Shown here: positions 40,413-50,626 of the stretch, in pieces
How the letters are laid out: the number at the start of each line of letters is the position of its first letter
Position numbering within the stretch: position 1 is the stretch's first letter
Assembly (NCBI GenBank): GCA_032128115.1
Contig: JAQBHB010000047.1
Coordinates: 192,001 to 256,000 of the forward strand
Reading direction: 5' to 3'
DNA: 64,000 nucleotides
From: Deltaproteobacteria bacterium
GTDB taxonomy: Bacteria > Myxococcota_A > UBA9160 > SMWR01
Notes under the pieces: model-generated
Told to the model about the DNA's origin: nothing
The model's input: the letters and a program-made list of their open reading frames with translations, nothing else
Database searches by the model: none
Program-made: the position numbers and the translations under genes

Positions 40413-41561
40413 ATGCGGCGTGAGATATTCGACGAAGAGCACGATCTGTTTCGTTCCCAGTTCCGGCGCTTCGCCGAGGGCGAGATCGAGCCCCGAATCG
40501 CGGGTTGGAACGCCCAAGGGTCCACAGACCGCGACACCTGGAAGAAGGTGGGCCAGGGCGGGTACCTGGGAGTGATGGCGCCCGAGGAGTACGGGGGCGC
40601 CGGTGCGGACTACCGATACGCCGCCATCATCCACGAAGAACTCGCGCGGATCCGAGCCCACGCACTGATGCTGGGCCTGCACTCCGAGATCTGCATGCCG
40701 TACCTGCAGGCCTTCGGGAACGCCGAGCAGAAGTCGCGCTACCTGCCGGGGACCATCACCGGCGAGATCGTGCTGGCCATCGCCATGACCGAGCCGGGGG
40801 CCGGCTCCGATCTGGCCGCCGTGCAGACCCGGGCCATTCGCGACGGCGATCACTATGTGGTGGACGGTGCCAAGACCTTCATCTCCAACGGACAGATTGC
40901 GGACCTGGTGATCGTGGTGGCGCGTACCGACCCGGATGCGGAACCGCCCCACCGCGGGATCTCGCTGCTGCTGGTGGACGCCGACACTCCGGGTTTCAAG
41001 CGCGGACGCAACCTCCCGAAGCTGGGTCTGAAGGGACAGGACACCAGCGAACTGTTCTTCCAGGACTGCCGGGTTCCGGTGGAGAACCTCCTGGGCCGGG
41101 AAGGCCAGGGCTTCAAGATGCTCATGACGCAGCTGCAGCAGGAGCGGCTCGTCATCGCCGACGGATCCATGGCGTCGTGCCGTCGCTCCCTGGACGACAC
41201 CCTCGAATACGTGAAGGAGCGGCGCGCCTTCGGGCAGCGCATCGCGTCGTTCCAGAACACCCAGTTCGTGCTGGCTGAGCTCGAGACGGAGGTCGAGATC
41301 GGTCAGGCGTTCGTAGACAAGTTGATCGCGGCCCATGTGCGGGGCGAGGAGATCGTGAAGGAAGTGAGCATGGCCAAGTGGTGGGTCACCGATCTCCAGA
41401 AACGGGTGGCGGCCGAGTGCCTGCAGCTCCACGGTGGCTACGGGTTCATGACGGAGTACCCGATCTCGGGCGACTACGCGGACGCGGCTGTGCAGAGCAT
41501 CTACGCCGGTTCCAATGAAATCATGAAGGTGATCATCGCCCGGCGCCTGGGACTGGACTGA
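40413..41561 (+). CDS. Acyl-CoA dehydrogenase
   Basis: AMTEPGAGSD, GAKTFISNG, QDTSELFF, QLHGGYG, IYAGSNEIMK. Confidence 0.95.
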   Translation: MRREIFDEEHDLFRSQFRRFAEGEIEPRIAGWNAQGSTDRDTWKKVGQGGYLGVMAPEEYGGAGADYRYAAIIHEELARIRAHALMLGLHSEICMPYLQAFGNAEQKSRYLPGTITGEIVLAIAMTEPGAGSDLAAVQTRAIRDGDHYVVDGAKTFISNGQIADLVIVVARTDPDAEPPHRGISLLLVDADTPGFKRGRNLPKLGLKGQDTSELFFQDCRVPVENLLGREGQGFKMLMTQLQQERLVIADGSMASCRRSLDDTLEYVKERRAFGQRIASFQNTQFVLAELETEVEIGQAFVDKLIAAHVRGEEIVKEVSMAKWWVTDLQKRVAAECLQLHGGYGFMTEYPISGDYADAAVQSIYAGSNEIMKVIIARRLGLD

Positions 41562-44276
41562 TCAACCACCGCCGGAGAAGAAGCCTGCGGCGCGCGGCCC
41601 CTGGGCTTCCACCAGGGCGGCGCACAGGCGGATTCGCTCCAGGGCGCCGGCGAGATTGCGCGGGCCGCCCCCCAGTGTGTCGATGCGGGGGGCGAAGAAT
41701 TCCTCCAGCGCTTGCGCCCGCTCGGCGCTGCAGAACGACGACGCCAGCTGTGGCAAGCCACCGGCTCGGGTGCTGCCGATGCGTTCCACCAGCTCGTCGA
41801 AGTTCAGCTCGACCCAGCGCCAGGTGTCGCCGCGGGTCGCGGGATCTTCCATCTGCGCTCGTAGGGTTACCAGGGTTTCGTTCACCCGCAGCCCCGGTCC
41901 GAGCGCCAGGTTACGCGCCCGCATCGCCAGCTCCGGGTCGAGCGTGGTGCCCAGGGCAGAGAGCAACCGTTGTCGCAACACGGCGTCGTCCGTGGCTTCC
42001 AGGTGGGCGAGCAGTGCGTCGAAGACCTCCGGACCTCCGTCCTGCACCGCGACGGCCAGGGCGGTGCCGGCGAGGTTCGTGTCCACCGCCTTCGGGTCGA
42101 GTACGCCGCCGCCCCCGATTCCCGCGAAACGTCGCCCCCGGGCGGCGGCCTCCTGGCGGATCTCGGGGTCGCGGCCCACGAAGGCCAGGAACTCGATCAC
42201 CGACCCGCGCAACAGGCGCGTCTCGCCGTCTTCGACGGGGCGGGGCTCCCAGCCCAGGCGCTGATAGGTGGGCGTGTAGAGTCCGCGTACGAACGCCTCC
42301 ACGGCGGGACGCACGCGGGCCTCCACCAGGTGGTCTCGCGCTTTCCGGACCATCGACATGGGCGCCTCGGCCACCGCTCGGGCCGGATCGTTCGCGAGAG
42401 GCGCCAGGGCCGCGAAGACATCGCCCGCGGGAAGCGCGTTCGAACGCAGTGCGGCCTCGAGCCCATCGGCGAACGACAGGCGTTCGCGGGTCGAGAGATG
42501 GGGCAGTCCCCGGCTCCGGAGGCGCTCGGCGTCTCGGGGTGCCAGCGACCAGCGGTAGTAGCCCGCGCCTTCCGCATTGGGGATCACCCAGTCGGGACAG
42601 CAGTCGGGACAGCAGTCGGGACAGGACGGGGCGTCCAGGGGCAGGGTTCCCTCCACCCCGACGAGCAGGGTGCAGGCCTCGTGCAGCTGGTCTCCCAGTC
42701 CGTATCGCGCGCACACGGGGATCTGCCACACCGAGTCGCGGCTGCCCTGGGAGCCCACCGGCAGGAACCGCGACTGGCGCAGGGTCAGGTGGGCCGACCC
42801 GCCCTGACAGTGGGTTTCCGCCTCGACGAAGGGCACGCCCGGCTGATCCAGGAACGTATGGAAGGGCGTTGTCACGTCGCGACCGGCGGCATCCGAGAGC
42901 GCTGCGAGCAGGTCGCCCGACACCGCGACGCCCAGGGCATGCTTCTGGAGATACTGGCGGACACCGCTTCGAAAGCGATCGGTGCCGATCCAGCGCTCGA
43001 ACATGGCGAGCACGCCGGCGCCCTTGCTGTAGGTGATGGCGTCGAACGCGTTGCGGATGTCGTGGGCGCTCTCGATGGGTTGTCGGATGCGCCGCGCGGA
43101 AATCAGGCTGTCCGCGTTCATGGCGCCCAACACGTGTTCCAACTGGGCCAGATCAGCGCGTTGCTCGGGCGCCACCATCTCGACGGCCCGCGTTCCCATC
43201 CAGGTGGCGAAGGCCTCGTTGAGCCAGAGGTCGTTCCACCACGCCAGCGTGACCAGATCCCCGAACCATTGGTGTGCCAGCTCGTGGGCCATCACGTAAG
43301 TGAAGGCCCGGCGCTGCCACTCGGGGGCCGTAGCGTCTTCCAGCAGGAGCAACGAGTCGCGGAAGGTGATGGCTCCTGCGTTCTCCATGGCGCCTGCGCC
43401 GAAGTCCGGCAGCGCCATCACGTCGAGTTTCTGGAATGGGTACTCGCTTCCGAAGTAGCTTTCCAACGCCTCGAGGAGCGGAGGCGTGTGTTCCAACGCG
43501 TAGGCGAGTTCGCCGCCCCGTCCTTCCACCGCCACGCCGCGAAACGGAAGTGCCCGCTTGCGCGGGCCGTGCGCTGGCATGTCGGGGGCGTCCACGAGGT
43601 CCAGGGGCCCCACGGCCCACGCCAGCAGGTAGGTGGGGAGGGGCGGCGTCGGGGCGAAGCGCACGCGCTTGAGCCCGTTGGCGAGGAGCTCCTCCTCGAC
43701 CAGCGGCGTATTCGCGATGGCCGTGTGGTCCTGGCGTACCGTGAGGCTCACCTCGAACGGGGTCTTGAAGCTGGGTTCGTCGAAGCCGGGAAAGGCCTGG
43801 CGCGCGGCGATGGGCTCGAACTGGGTGAATGCGTAGGACTTGCCATTGGCCTCGACGTGGTAGAGGCCGCGCAGCGTGCGCCCGAATTCCGCGCTGTAGT
43901 CGATGCGCAGGGTGGCGGCTCCGGGTCCCACGGGTCGCGGTAGAAGCAGGGCCACCACGCCGGTCGGGTCCATCACCCGCCAACGCGCGGACACCGGATC
44001 GCCCTGGGTGTCCTGCACGGTCACCCGGTCGATCTGGAGGTCGCGACCGTGGATCCATAGGGTTTCGAGCGGCTCGTCAACGGCGACGCGGATCACCGCG
44101 GTGCCCGAGAAGCGGTCGCGGTCGGGAACGATGGAAAGGTCGAGGCTGTAGTGCTCCGGGCGCACGTTCTGGGGGAGGCGGCCCCGGGGAACGGCCTCGT
44201 CCCGACCGGGAGCGTGCCCCAGGCAGGAGACCGCCCACAAGAGAACTCCGGCGAGTGCCAGGCTGCGCGATCGCAC
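41562..44276 (-). CDS. Exported (probable lipoprotein) M1 family aminopeptidase with ERAP1-like C-terminal domain
   Basis: Signal ending AVSC; GAMEN, HELAH...WLNEAFA, YSKG. Confidence 0.93.
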   Translation of the reverse strand: MRSRSLALAGVLLWAVSCLGHAPGRDEAVPRGRLPQNVRPEHYSLDLSIVPDRDRFSGTAVIRVAVDEPLETLWIHGRDLQIDRVTVQDTQGDPVSARWRVMDPTGVVALLLPRPVGPGAATLRIDYSAEFGRTLRGLYHVEANGKSYAFTQFEPIAARQAFPGFDEPSFKTPFEVSLTVRQDHTAIANTPLVEEELLANGLKRVRFAPTPPLPTYLLAWAVGPLDLVDAPDMPAHGPRKRALPFRGVAVEGRGGELAYALEHTPPLLEALESYFGSEYPFQKLDVMALPDFGAGAMENAGAITFRDSLLLLEDATAPEWQRRAFTYVMAHELAHQWFGDLVTLAWWNDLWLNEAFATWMGTRAVEMVAPEQRADLAQLEHVLGAMNADSLISARRIRQPIESAHDIRNAFDAITYSKGAGVLAMFERWIGTDRFRSGVRQYLQKHALGVAVSGDLLAALSDAAGRDVTTPFHTFLDQPGVPFVEAETHCQGGSAHLTLRQSRFLPVGSQGSRDSVWQIPVCARYGLGDQLHEACTLLVGVEGTLPLDAPSCPDCCPDCCPDWVIPNAEGAGYYRWSLAPRDAERLRSRGLPHLSTRERLSFADGLEAALRSNALPAGDVFAALAPLANDPARAVAEAPMSMVRKARDHLVEARVRPAVEAFVRGLYTPTYQRLGWEPRPVEDGETRLLRGSVIEFLAFVGRDPEIRQEAAARGRRFAGIGGGGVLDPKAVDTNLAGTALAVAVQDGGPEVFDALLAHLEATDDAVLRQRLLSALGTTLDPELAMRARNLALGPGLRVNETLVTLRAQMEDPATRGDTWRWVELNFDELVERIGSTRAGGLPQLASSFCSAERAQALEEFFAPRIDTLGGGPRNLAGALERIRLCAALVEAQGPRAAGFFSGGG
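42589..42624. repeat. 12-bp tandem repeat x3 inside the aminopeptidase CDS
   Basis: (cagtcgggacag)3, encoding SCPDCCPDCCPDW. Confidence 0.9.
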
Positions 44277-44413
44277 GGCGCCGCAGCATAGGACGGATCG
44301 CTGCGGCTGGTTACCGCACGCGGGCGGGGCTCCCGCCCCCCGCCTCGACTGGGACTCGCGGCTGCGTCAGGCTCCGGCCGCACCCCGGACGTGCGGGTGT
44401 CAGGAGAGATCGA

Positions 44414-47344
44414 GTGGATCTGCGTCGTGGCGTCGAGCTGGTTCTTTCGCTCGTGGCGGGTCTTCTCGCCGCGGGGCCCGGTGTGGCCGCGCCCGCAACG
44501 CTTCGCGCCGAGCAGATCCAGCCGGAGACCGCGGCGCAGCTGCAGATCGGCGGGCCCGATGCCATCGGCGGTGTCGGCGACTGGTATCTCGCCAACGACG
44601 TGGTCGAGGTGATCGTCGACGATCCGAGTCGGCGTAACGCCACTCTCAACCACGGCGGAACCCTGGTGGACGCGGGCTTGCGCGATCGGCGCGGAGAAGA
44701 TCAGTTCGCGCGCCTGTTTCCACTGGCGAACATGGACCAGAACGTATTCATCGATTACGACCAGATCCGAGCCGAGGTGGACGAAGCCGCTGGCTGGGCG
44801 CGGCTGGTGGTGTCGTCGGACCGGTTGGATTCCCTGCCGAAGAGCACGGCGCTGGCGCGCCTGTTCGATCCCATGGTTCCCGAGGCGGAGGCGCTGGTCG
44901 GTCTGCGGGTCGAGACCGAGTACACGGTGCTGCGCGGCGAGTCGTTCATCCACATCACGACCACGCTGAACAACGGCGGCCTGCGCCCGGTGCCGATTTT
45001 CGCCTACGGGGATGTCTGGATGCGAGGCGGCCACGGTATGCGGTCGTTCGTGGGCAACACCGTCAAGGCGAAGCGAACGGTGGGTTTCCATCACAAGAGC
45101 TTCGATCGGAACAACGTGTTGGCGGCGGGTGACGCCATGGTGCCGTTCACCCATGTGGTGGTTCCCGGCGTCCAGCAGTTCCCGCCCATCACCTACGCCC
45201 TGTTCGCGCCGGAGCGGGCGGCGCGCCGACTCGTGAACTTCGGGGTCACCTCCCAGCACGTGACGTTCATCAACGCCTTCACGTTCGACCCGGATTGGGC
45301 GCGTCTGAGCCTGTGGCGCATCGCCCAGGCCACCCAGGAGTCGATCCCGCCCGGGGAATCCTGGACCTATCGTCGCCGCCTCCTGATCACGCCCCACAAC
45401 GATGTGGCCTCAGCCACCGACGTGATCTTTCCGCTGGTGGGCTACGCCGATGGCAGCAGCGGGATCCGGGGGCGTGTTTCGCCCCGCGACCGTCTCGTCG
45501 CCGTCCACGTCCGGCTGGCCGAGGAGGGGGCGCCCGTGACCCAGATCCTGACGCGCACCCGCGGACCCGCAGCCGGAGAGTTTCACGCAGTGCTTCCGCC
45601 CGGAGACTACGTGCTGGAGTTCCGCAGCGCCCACGAGCCCGTGCGTGACGTGCCGGTAACGGTCGACTCGGGGAGCTTTGCCAACGTGCCGACCCAGAGC
45701 TTCGGCGATCCGGGCTGGCTGATTCTCGACCCGGCCTTCGCCGGCGAGAGGGCGGGTCGTGTGATCGTCGCTGGGCTCGGCGAGACTCCGGATCCGATCT
45801 TCCAGCCCGAACTTCTCGATTTTCGCGTGGACGACGTGCGGGCTTCCAGCGGATCTGCGACCCGGGACCTGATCTTCACCGGTGGGCCCGACGATCCCCA
45901 TCGCGTTGCGCTGGCCCCGGGGCACTATCGGCTCACTGCGACCCGCGGGCCCGAGCACGACATCGCGCAGCGGGAGGTCAATCTGCTCGCGGGGGACGAA
46001 GTGCGGGTCGATCCCTTCGATCTGCGGCGGGTGGCCGATCTCAGCGCGTTTACTGCAGCCGATCTCCACGTTCACGCCCAGGCCAGCGACGACTCGGCGG
46101 TTCCCAACACAGAGGTACTGCGCCGGATGCTCGCGGAAGGCATCCAGGTCCTGGTCAGCAGCGACCACGAGAACCTGGGAGACTTCGGGCCGGCGTTGGA
46201 TGCGCTGGGCGTGCGCGAACGCATCCGGGTGATCGGGGGCGTCGAGGTCACCAGCAGCGCACCGAGTCCGGCAGCGCCCTGGACCATCGGACACAGCAAC
46301 ACCTGGCCGGTGGCCTACCGCGAGAACGCGCATCGAAACGGCGCGCCGCCCAGCCAGGACATTGGCCTGGCGGATCTCTACAGCCTGCTGCGTCGCGACC
46401 TCGACGTTCGCGTCGTGCAGCTGAATCACCCGCGAGACGCGGAACCCGGGAAAATCGATCAGGGCGCATTCTTCACGCACCTGGCCACGGCGGGAGTCGG
46501 GTTCGATCCGGATCGCCCCATCGCGGAGGGGAGCAACGCGCTGCTGCTGGAGGTGGGAAGCGACGGCGAGACGCGGCCCATCGACTTCGACGCCATGGAA
46601 CTGATGAACGGAAGTTCCTGGGAGCAATATCTGCAGGTGCGGCGCGACTGGTACTCGCTGCTGAGCCAGGGGTTCCGCCGCACGGCCACGGCCAATTCGG
46701 ATACCCACGGCCCCGACCAGGTGGCGGGATACCCGCGCAACTACGTGGCAGTCGACTTCCGTGACGATCCGGTGCGCTTCGACCAGGCGGTGCGCGAAGG
46801 TCGCCTGTTCGGCAGCAACGGCCCGCTCATCGTGAGCTTCAGTGTCAACGGGGGGCGTGCGGGAGACACCGTGGAGGCCCCAGACGGTCGAGCGAACGTT
46901 CAGTTCGCCATCGCCGCTGCGCCCTGGGTTCCCGTGGACGAGGTGCGGCTTCTCGTGAACGGGCGCGTGGAGAGCCGCTACCCGCTCGATCCCCACGATC
47001 CGAACGCGCTGCGCCTGCTGGAGAATCTCGAGTTGCAGCTGGAAGGCGATGCGTTCGTGACGCTGGAGGCCGGCGCTCCCGCGGGCGTGGATACCGCCGC
47101 GTGGATCGCAAGCCACCCCGGTCCCTACACCGAGGCGGTGGCGCCGGGCTTCGTGGCTACGGCGTTTTCGAACCCGGTGTTCGTCGACATGGACCGAAAC
47201 GGTCGCTTTGATCCTCCGGGTCTCGGTGCCCTGCCTGGGCCTTCGCCGGGTCGGGTGCCCGCATGGCTGTGGCTGGCGCTGGCCTGGATCGCCCTGGTGA
47301 CGCTGCTCTGGCTGCGGCGATGGACCCGGGCCCGTGCGGTCTGA
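44414..47344 (+). CDS. Secreted PHP-domain metallohydrolase (CehA/McbA-like) with C-terminal membrane anchor
   Basis: Signal peptide; DLHVH, SDHE, GVEVT, GH, NHPR, NSDTH; C-terminal hydrophobic helix plus basic tail; AGGAGA before GTG 44414. Confidence 0.82.
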   Translation: MDLRRGVELVLSLVAGLLAAGPGVAAPATLRAEQIQPETAAQLQIGGPDAIGGVGDWYLANDVVEVIVDDPSRRNATLNHGGTLVDAGLRDRRGEDQFARLFPLANMDQNVFIDYDQIRAEVDEAAGWARLVVSSDRLDSLPKSTALARLFDPMVPEAEALVGLRVETEYTVLRGESFIHITTTLNNGGLRPVPIFAYGDVWMRGGHGMRSFVGNTVKAKRTVGFHHKSFDRNNVLAAGDAMVPFTHVVVPGVQQFPPITYALFAPERAARRLVNFGVTSQHVTFINAFTFDPDWARLSLWRIAQATQESIPPGESWTYRRRLLITPHNDVASATDVIFPLVGYADGSSGIRGRVSPRDRLVAVHVRLAEEGAPVTQILTRTRGPAAGEFHAVLPPGDYVLEFRSAHEPVRDVPVTVDSGSFANVPTQSFGDPGWLILDPAFAGERAGRVIVAGLGETPDPIFQPELLDFRVDDVRASSGSATRDLIFTGGPDDPHRVALAPGHYRLTATRGPEHDIAQREVNLLAGDEVRVDPFDLRRVADLSAFTAADLHVHAQASDDSAVPNTEVLRRMLAEGIQVLVSSDHENLGDFGPALDALGVRERIRVIGGVEVTSSAPSPAAPWTIGHSNTWPVAYRENAHRNGAPPSQDIGLADLYSLLRRDLDVRVVQLNHPRDAEPGKIDQGAFFTHLATAGVGFDPDRPIAEGSNALLLEVGSDGETRPIDFDAMELMNGSSWEQYLQVRRDWYSLLSQGFRRTATANSDTHGPDQVAGYPRNYVAVDFRDDPVRFDQAVREGRLFGSNGPLIVSFSVNGGRAGDTVEAPDGRANVQFAIAAAPWVPVDEVRLLVNGRVESRYPLDPHDPNALRLLENLELQLEGDAFVTLEAGAPAGVDTAAWIASHPGPYTEAVAPGFVATAFSNPVFVDMDRNGRFDPPGLGALPGPSPGRVPAWLWLALAWIALVTLLWLRRWTRARAV

Positions 47345-47374
47345 CGCCTGGGCCGGCCGCTAGGCTGTCGCAAG

Positions 47375-49084
47375 ATGGATGGGAGCCAGCCGTTCGGGGA
47401 ATTCGAGGCCGCCGTCGCCGCCGCCCTGGAAGCGTGGGACGCCGTCAAGCTGCGCCGATTGTGGGATGCCGACGCTTCGCTCTGGTCCGGCAAGGACGAG
47501 GGAGAGTGGCTCGGGTGGCTGGGCGTGGCGCAGGAGCAGCTCGACGGTGTCGAGCGCCTGCGGTCGCTGGCGGCCGACATCGCTGGGGGCGGATTCCAGC
47601 ACGTGCTCCTGCTGGGGATGGGCGGGTCGAGCCTGTGCCCAGAGGTGCTGGCCCGCACCTTTGGTCCCACCGCGGGGCACCCGGAGCTTCGCGTGCTCGA
47701 TTCCACATTGCCGGCCCAGGTGCGCTCGATGTCTCGCGCCATCGATCCACAGCGGACCCTCTTCATCGCCTCGTCCAAGTCCGGGGGCACTCTCGAGACC
47801 AACGTCCTCCTGGACTTCTTCTGGGACGCGGCGCGCCGCGCGGGGGATCCGGATGCGGCAGCGTCGCGCTTCGTGGCCATTACCGATCCGGGAAGCTCCC
47901 TCGAGGCGCGTGCCCGGTCCGACGGATTCCGGATCGTGGCCCACGGTCTTGCCAGCATCGGCGGACGCTACTCGGCCCTCTCCGACTTCGGCATGCTGCC
48001 GGCGGCGGCCATGGGTCTCGACGTGCGCGAGTTCCTGGAACGCGCCTGCAAGATGGTGCGCGATTGCGGACCCGACACGGCGCCCGACGCGAATCCGGGG
48101 CTCGTGCTCGGGGTTGCACTGGGCGTGCTGGCGCGGGGAGGTCGCGACAAGGTCACGTTGGTGGCGTCTCCAGGTATCGCATCCCTGGGGGCCTGGCTCG
48201 AACAGCTGCTGGCGGAGTCGACGGGAAAACGGGGGTGCGGGCTGGTTCCCGTGGATGGGGAGGAACTGGCCGCGCCGGAACACTACGGCGAAGATCGGGT
48301 CTTCGTGTACCTGCGCCACACCTCGGCAGCCAGCGCGACGCAGGACGCAGCCGTCGCCGCACTCGAGCAGGCCGGCCAACCCGTGATGCGGATTCCGGTG
48401 GCGAGCCGCATGGATCTGGGCGCGGAGTTCTTCCGCTGGGAGTTCGCGACGGCGGTGGCAGGCTCTCTGCTGGGCATCCACCCCTTCGATCAGCCGGATG
48501 TGGAGGCCAGCAAGCAGGTCACGCGAGATCTGATGCAGACGTTCGAGGAGACGGGCGCCCTTTCGGAGCCAGCCCCCTTGTTCGAGGGCGACGGTATCAA
48601 GCTGTTTGCGAACCCTGCCAACGTGGAGGTGCTCTCCCGCGCATCCGCCAGCAATGATCTCCCGGGGCTCCTGACCGCCCACCTGTCCCGGCTCGGGGCC
48701 GGCGACTACCTCGGACTGAACGCCTACGTGGAGCAGAACGACACGCACCAGGTGGCGCTTGCGCGGATCCGACACGCGGTCCGCGACGCCCGCCACGTGG
48801 CCACCACCCTGGGTTACGGGCCGCGCTTCCTGCACTCCACCGGACAGCTGCACAAGGGAGGTCCCAACCGCGGCGTCTTCCTCCAGATCACCGCCGACGA
48901 TGCGGAAGACCTGGCGATTCCCGGCCGGCGCTACAGCTTCGGGGTGCTGGCGCGTGCCCAGGCCCTGGGCGATTTCCAGGTGCTGGGCCAACGCGGTCGC
49001 CGCGCCCTGCGCGTGCACCTGGGCCCCGACGTGGCGGCGGGGCTCGATCGTCTGGCCGCGATCCTGGAGCGGGCTCTCGTCTGA
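47375..49084 (+). CDS. pgi: Glucose-6-phosphate isomerase (type seen as the C-terminal half of Tal-Pgi fusions)
   Basis: GMGGSSL, SKSGGTLE, AITDPGS, GGRYSALS, PFDQPDVE, HSTGQLHKGG. Confidence 0.85.
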   Translation: MDGSQPFGEFEAAVAAALEAWDAVKLRRLWDADASLWSGKDEGEWLGWLGVAQEQLDGVERLRSLAADIAGGGFQHVLLLGMGGSSLCPEVLARTFGPTAGHPELRVLDSTLPAQVRSMSRAIDPQRTLFIASSKSGGTLETNVLLDFFWDAARRAGDPDAAASRFVAITDPGSSLEARARSDGFRIVAHGLASIGGRYSALSDFGMLPAAAMGLDVREFLERACKMVRDCGPDTAPDANPGLVLGVALGVLARGGRDKVTLVASPGIASLGAWLEQLLAESTGKRGCGLVPVDGEELAAPEHYGEDRVFVYLRHTSAASATQDAAVAALEQAGQPVMRIPVASRMDLGAEFFRWEFATAVAGSLLGIHPFDQPDVEASKQVTRDLMQTFEETGALSEPAPLFEGDGIKLFANPANVEVLSRASASNDLPGLLTAHLSRLGAGDYLGLNAYVEQNDTHQVALARIRHAVRDARHVATTLGYGPRFLHSTGQLHKGGPNRGVFLQITADDAEDLAIPGRRYSFGVLARAQALGDFQVLGQRGRRALRVHLGPDVAAGLDRLAAILERALV

Positions 49085-49123
49085 GCCGATCGGCGCCCCG
49101 GGCAGCGAGCCCTCGACGACACC

Positions 49124-50557
49124 TCAGCGCGCGTCCGCCCCGCCGTCCAGGTAACCCAGCGCGCGCAGGTGCTGCTCGCTGGTCGGGTCCATGGGCACCT
49201 GCAGCATGGGCACGGCGCTGCGCGCGTAGGCGTCTACCTGGGCGAAGCGCTTGCGAAGCGGGTGCTTTCGTCCTTCGCTGGCGGGCAGCGGCGTCCAGCG
49301 GCCGTCCTCGGGCCAGGCGTATACGAGCCATTGGGGCTCGTCGTTGGCGTCGCCATCGTCACCGGGCCACGCATGGCGCAGGCCGTCGACGCGCAGGAAG
49401 GCGTCGTCCTCGTATGCGCTCAGCTCGGACCCGATATCGCAATACACCACGCGTTCCGACAGCGGCGCCTCGCCCTGGAGCCAGGGGCCCAATGCTGCGC
49501 CACTCATTCCGTCGGGCGCGGGAATGTCGGCGAGCGCCAACAGCGTTGGCATGACGTCCACATGATTGACCACCTGCCGGCGCCTTCCGGGTTCGATACC
49601 GGGGGCGCGCAGGATCAGGGGCACGTGGGCCAACGGCGGCGTGGTGCTGAAGCCGTGGACCAGGTAGCGGCCGTGTTCGCCGAAGCTCTCGCCGTGGTCT
49701 GCGGTCAGGAGCACGATTCCGGGCCGGTCGCCCCGGCGGGCGTCGAAGCGGTCGAGCAGCCTGCCGACCCAGTCGTCGGCGAAGGCGATCTCGTCGGCGT
49801 AGCGCGCCTGGTAGTCACTCAGTCGCGTCACACCTTCGAGCGCCTGGTAGGCGGGGATGCCGCCGATGCCGTCGTTGCTCTGCAGAACAGGCAGGGGCTT
49901 CTCGCCCTCTGGCGCCTCGACGCGCGCCCGACCCGAGTACTCCGGGGGGGGTGCGTAGGGGCCGTGGGGATCCTGGTAGTGCACCCACAGGAAGACCGGC
50001 TCGCGGGCGTTCTCGAGCCACTGCATGGCCCGTTCGCTCGTCTTGCGTGCCGTGCGTTCGTAGTGGGAGCGGTTCCGCTCGCGCTCGGGCAATTCGTCGT
50101 CGTAGACGGCGAAGCCGTTTTCGAAGCCGGTGTCTCGCCGCAGGTTCGGGTTGCCCACGAAGGCCGCGGTGTCGTAGCCGGCCGCCTGGAAGACGCCCGC
50201 CAGGGTCTGGGTCCCCGAAAGACGCGTGCCTCCATTCTGGTATCCGATCGAGTGCTCCCGGGTGTAGCGCGAGGTCATGATCGAGGCGTGGGCCGGAGAC
50301 GTGCGGCTGGAGGCCGCGATGGCGCGCTCGAAGACCACGCCGTCGCGCGCCAGGCCATCGATGCGGGGGCTGGCGCCGGTTTCGGAGCCATAGGCGCCCA
50401 GGCCATCGGCGCGCAATGTGTCGACGGTGATGAGCAGCACGTCGGGCCGGGAGGCCTCGGGGTTCCGCACGCCGCACCCGGGCGTTGCGAGGACGATCCA
50501 GATTCCCGCGAGGACGATCCAGGATCCCAGCAGGCTCGCAGTCTGCCCGGCATGCAT
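49124..50557 (-). CDS. Sulfatase-like alkaline phosphatase superfamily lipoprotein
   Basis: ITVDTLRAD, RTSPAHASIMT, HYQDPHGPY, ADHGE, LRALGY; start approximate. Confidence 0.85.
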   Translation of the reverse strand: MHAGQTASLLGSWIVLAGIWIVLATPGCGVRNPEASRPDVLLITVDTLRADGLGAYGSETGASPRIDGLARDGVVFERAIAASSRTSPAHASIMTSRYTREHSIGYQNGGTRLSGTQTLAGVFQAAGYDTAAFVGNPNLRRDTGFENGFAVYDDELPERERNRSHYERTARKTSERAMQWLENAREPVFLWVHYQDPHGPYAPPPEYSGRARVEAPEGEKPLPVLQSNDGIGGIPAYQALEGVTRLSDYQARYADEIAFADDWVGRLLDRFDARRGDRPGIVLLTADHGESFGEHGRYLVHGFSTTPPLAHVPLILRAPGIEPGRRRQVVNHVDVMPTLLALADIPAPDGMSGAALGPWLQGEAPLSERVVYCDIGSELSAYEDDAFLRVDGLRHAWPGDDGDANDEPQWLVYAWPEDGRWTPLPASEGRKHPLRKRFAQVDAYARSAVPMLQVPMDPTSEQHLRALGYLDGGADAR

Positions 50558-50626
50558 TCGACGCGCGAGAATAGCCCAGCTGTGATGGCCGACTCGCCGC
50601 GTCCGGGTCTTCGCTACGTTGGCCCC

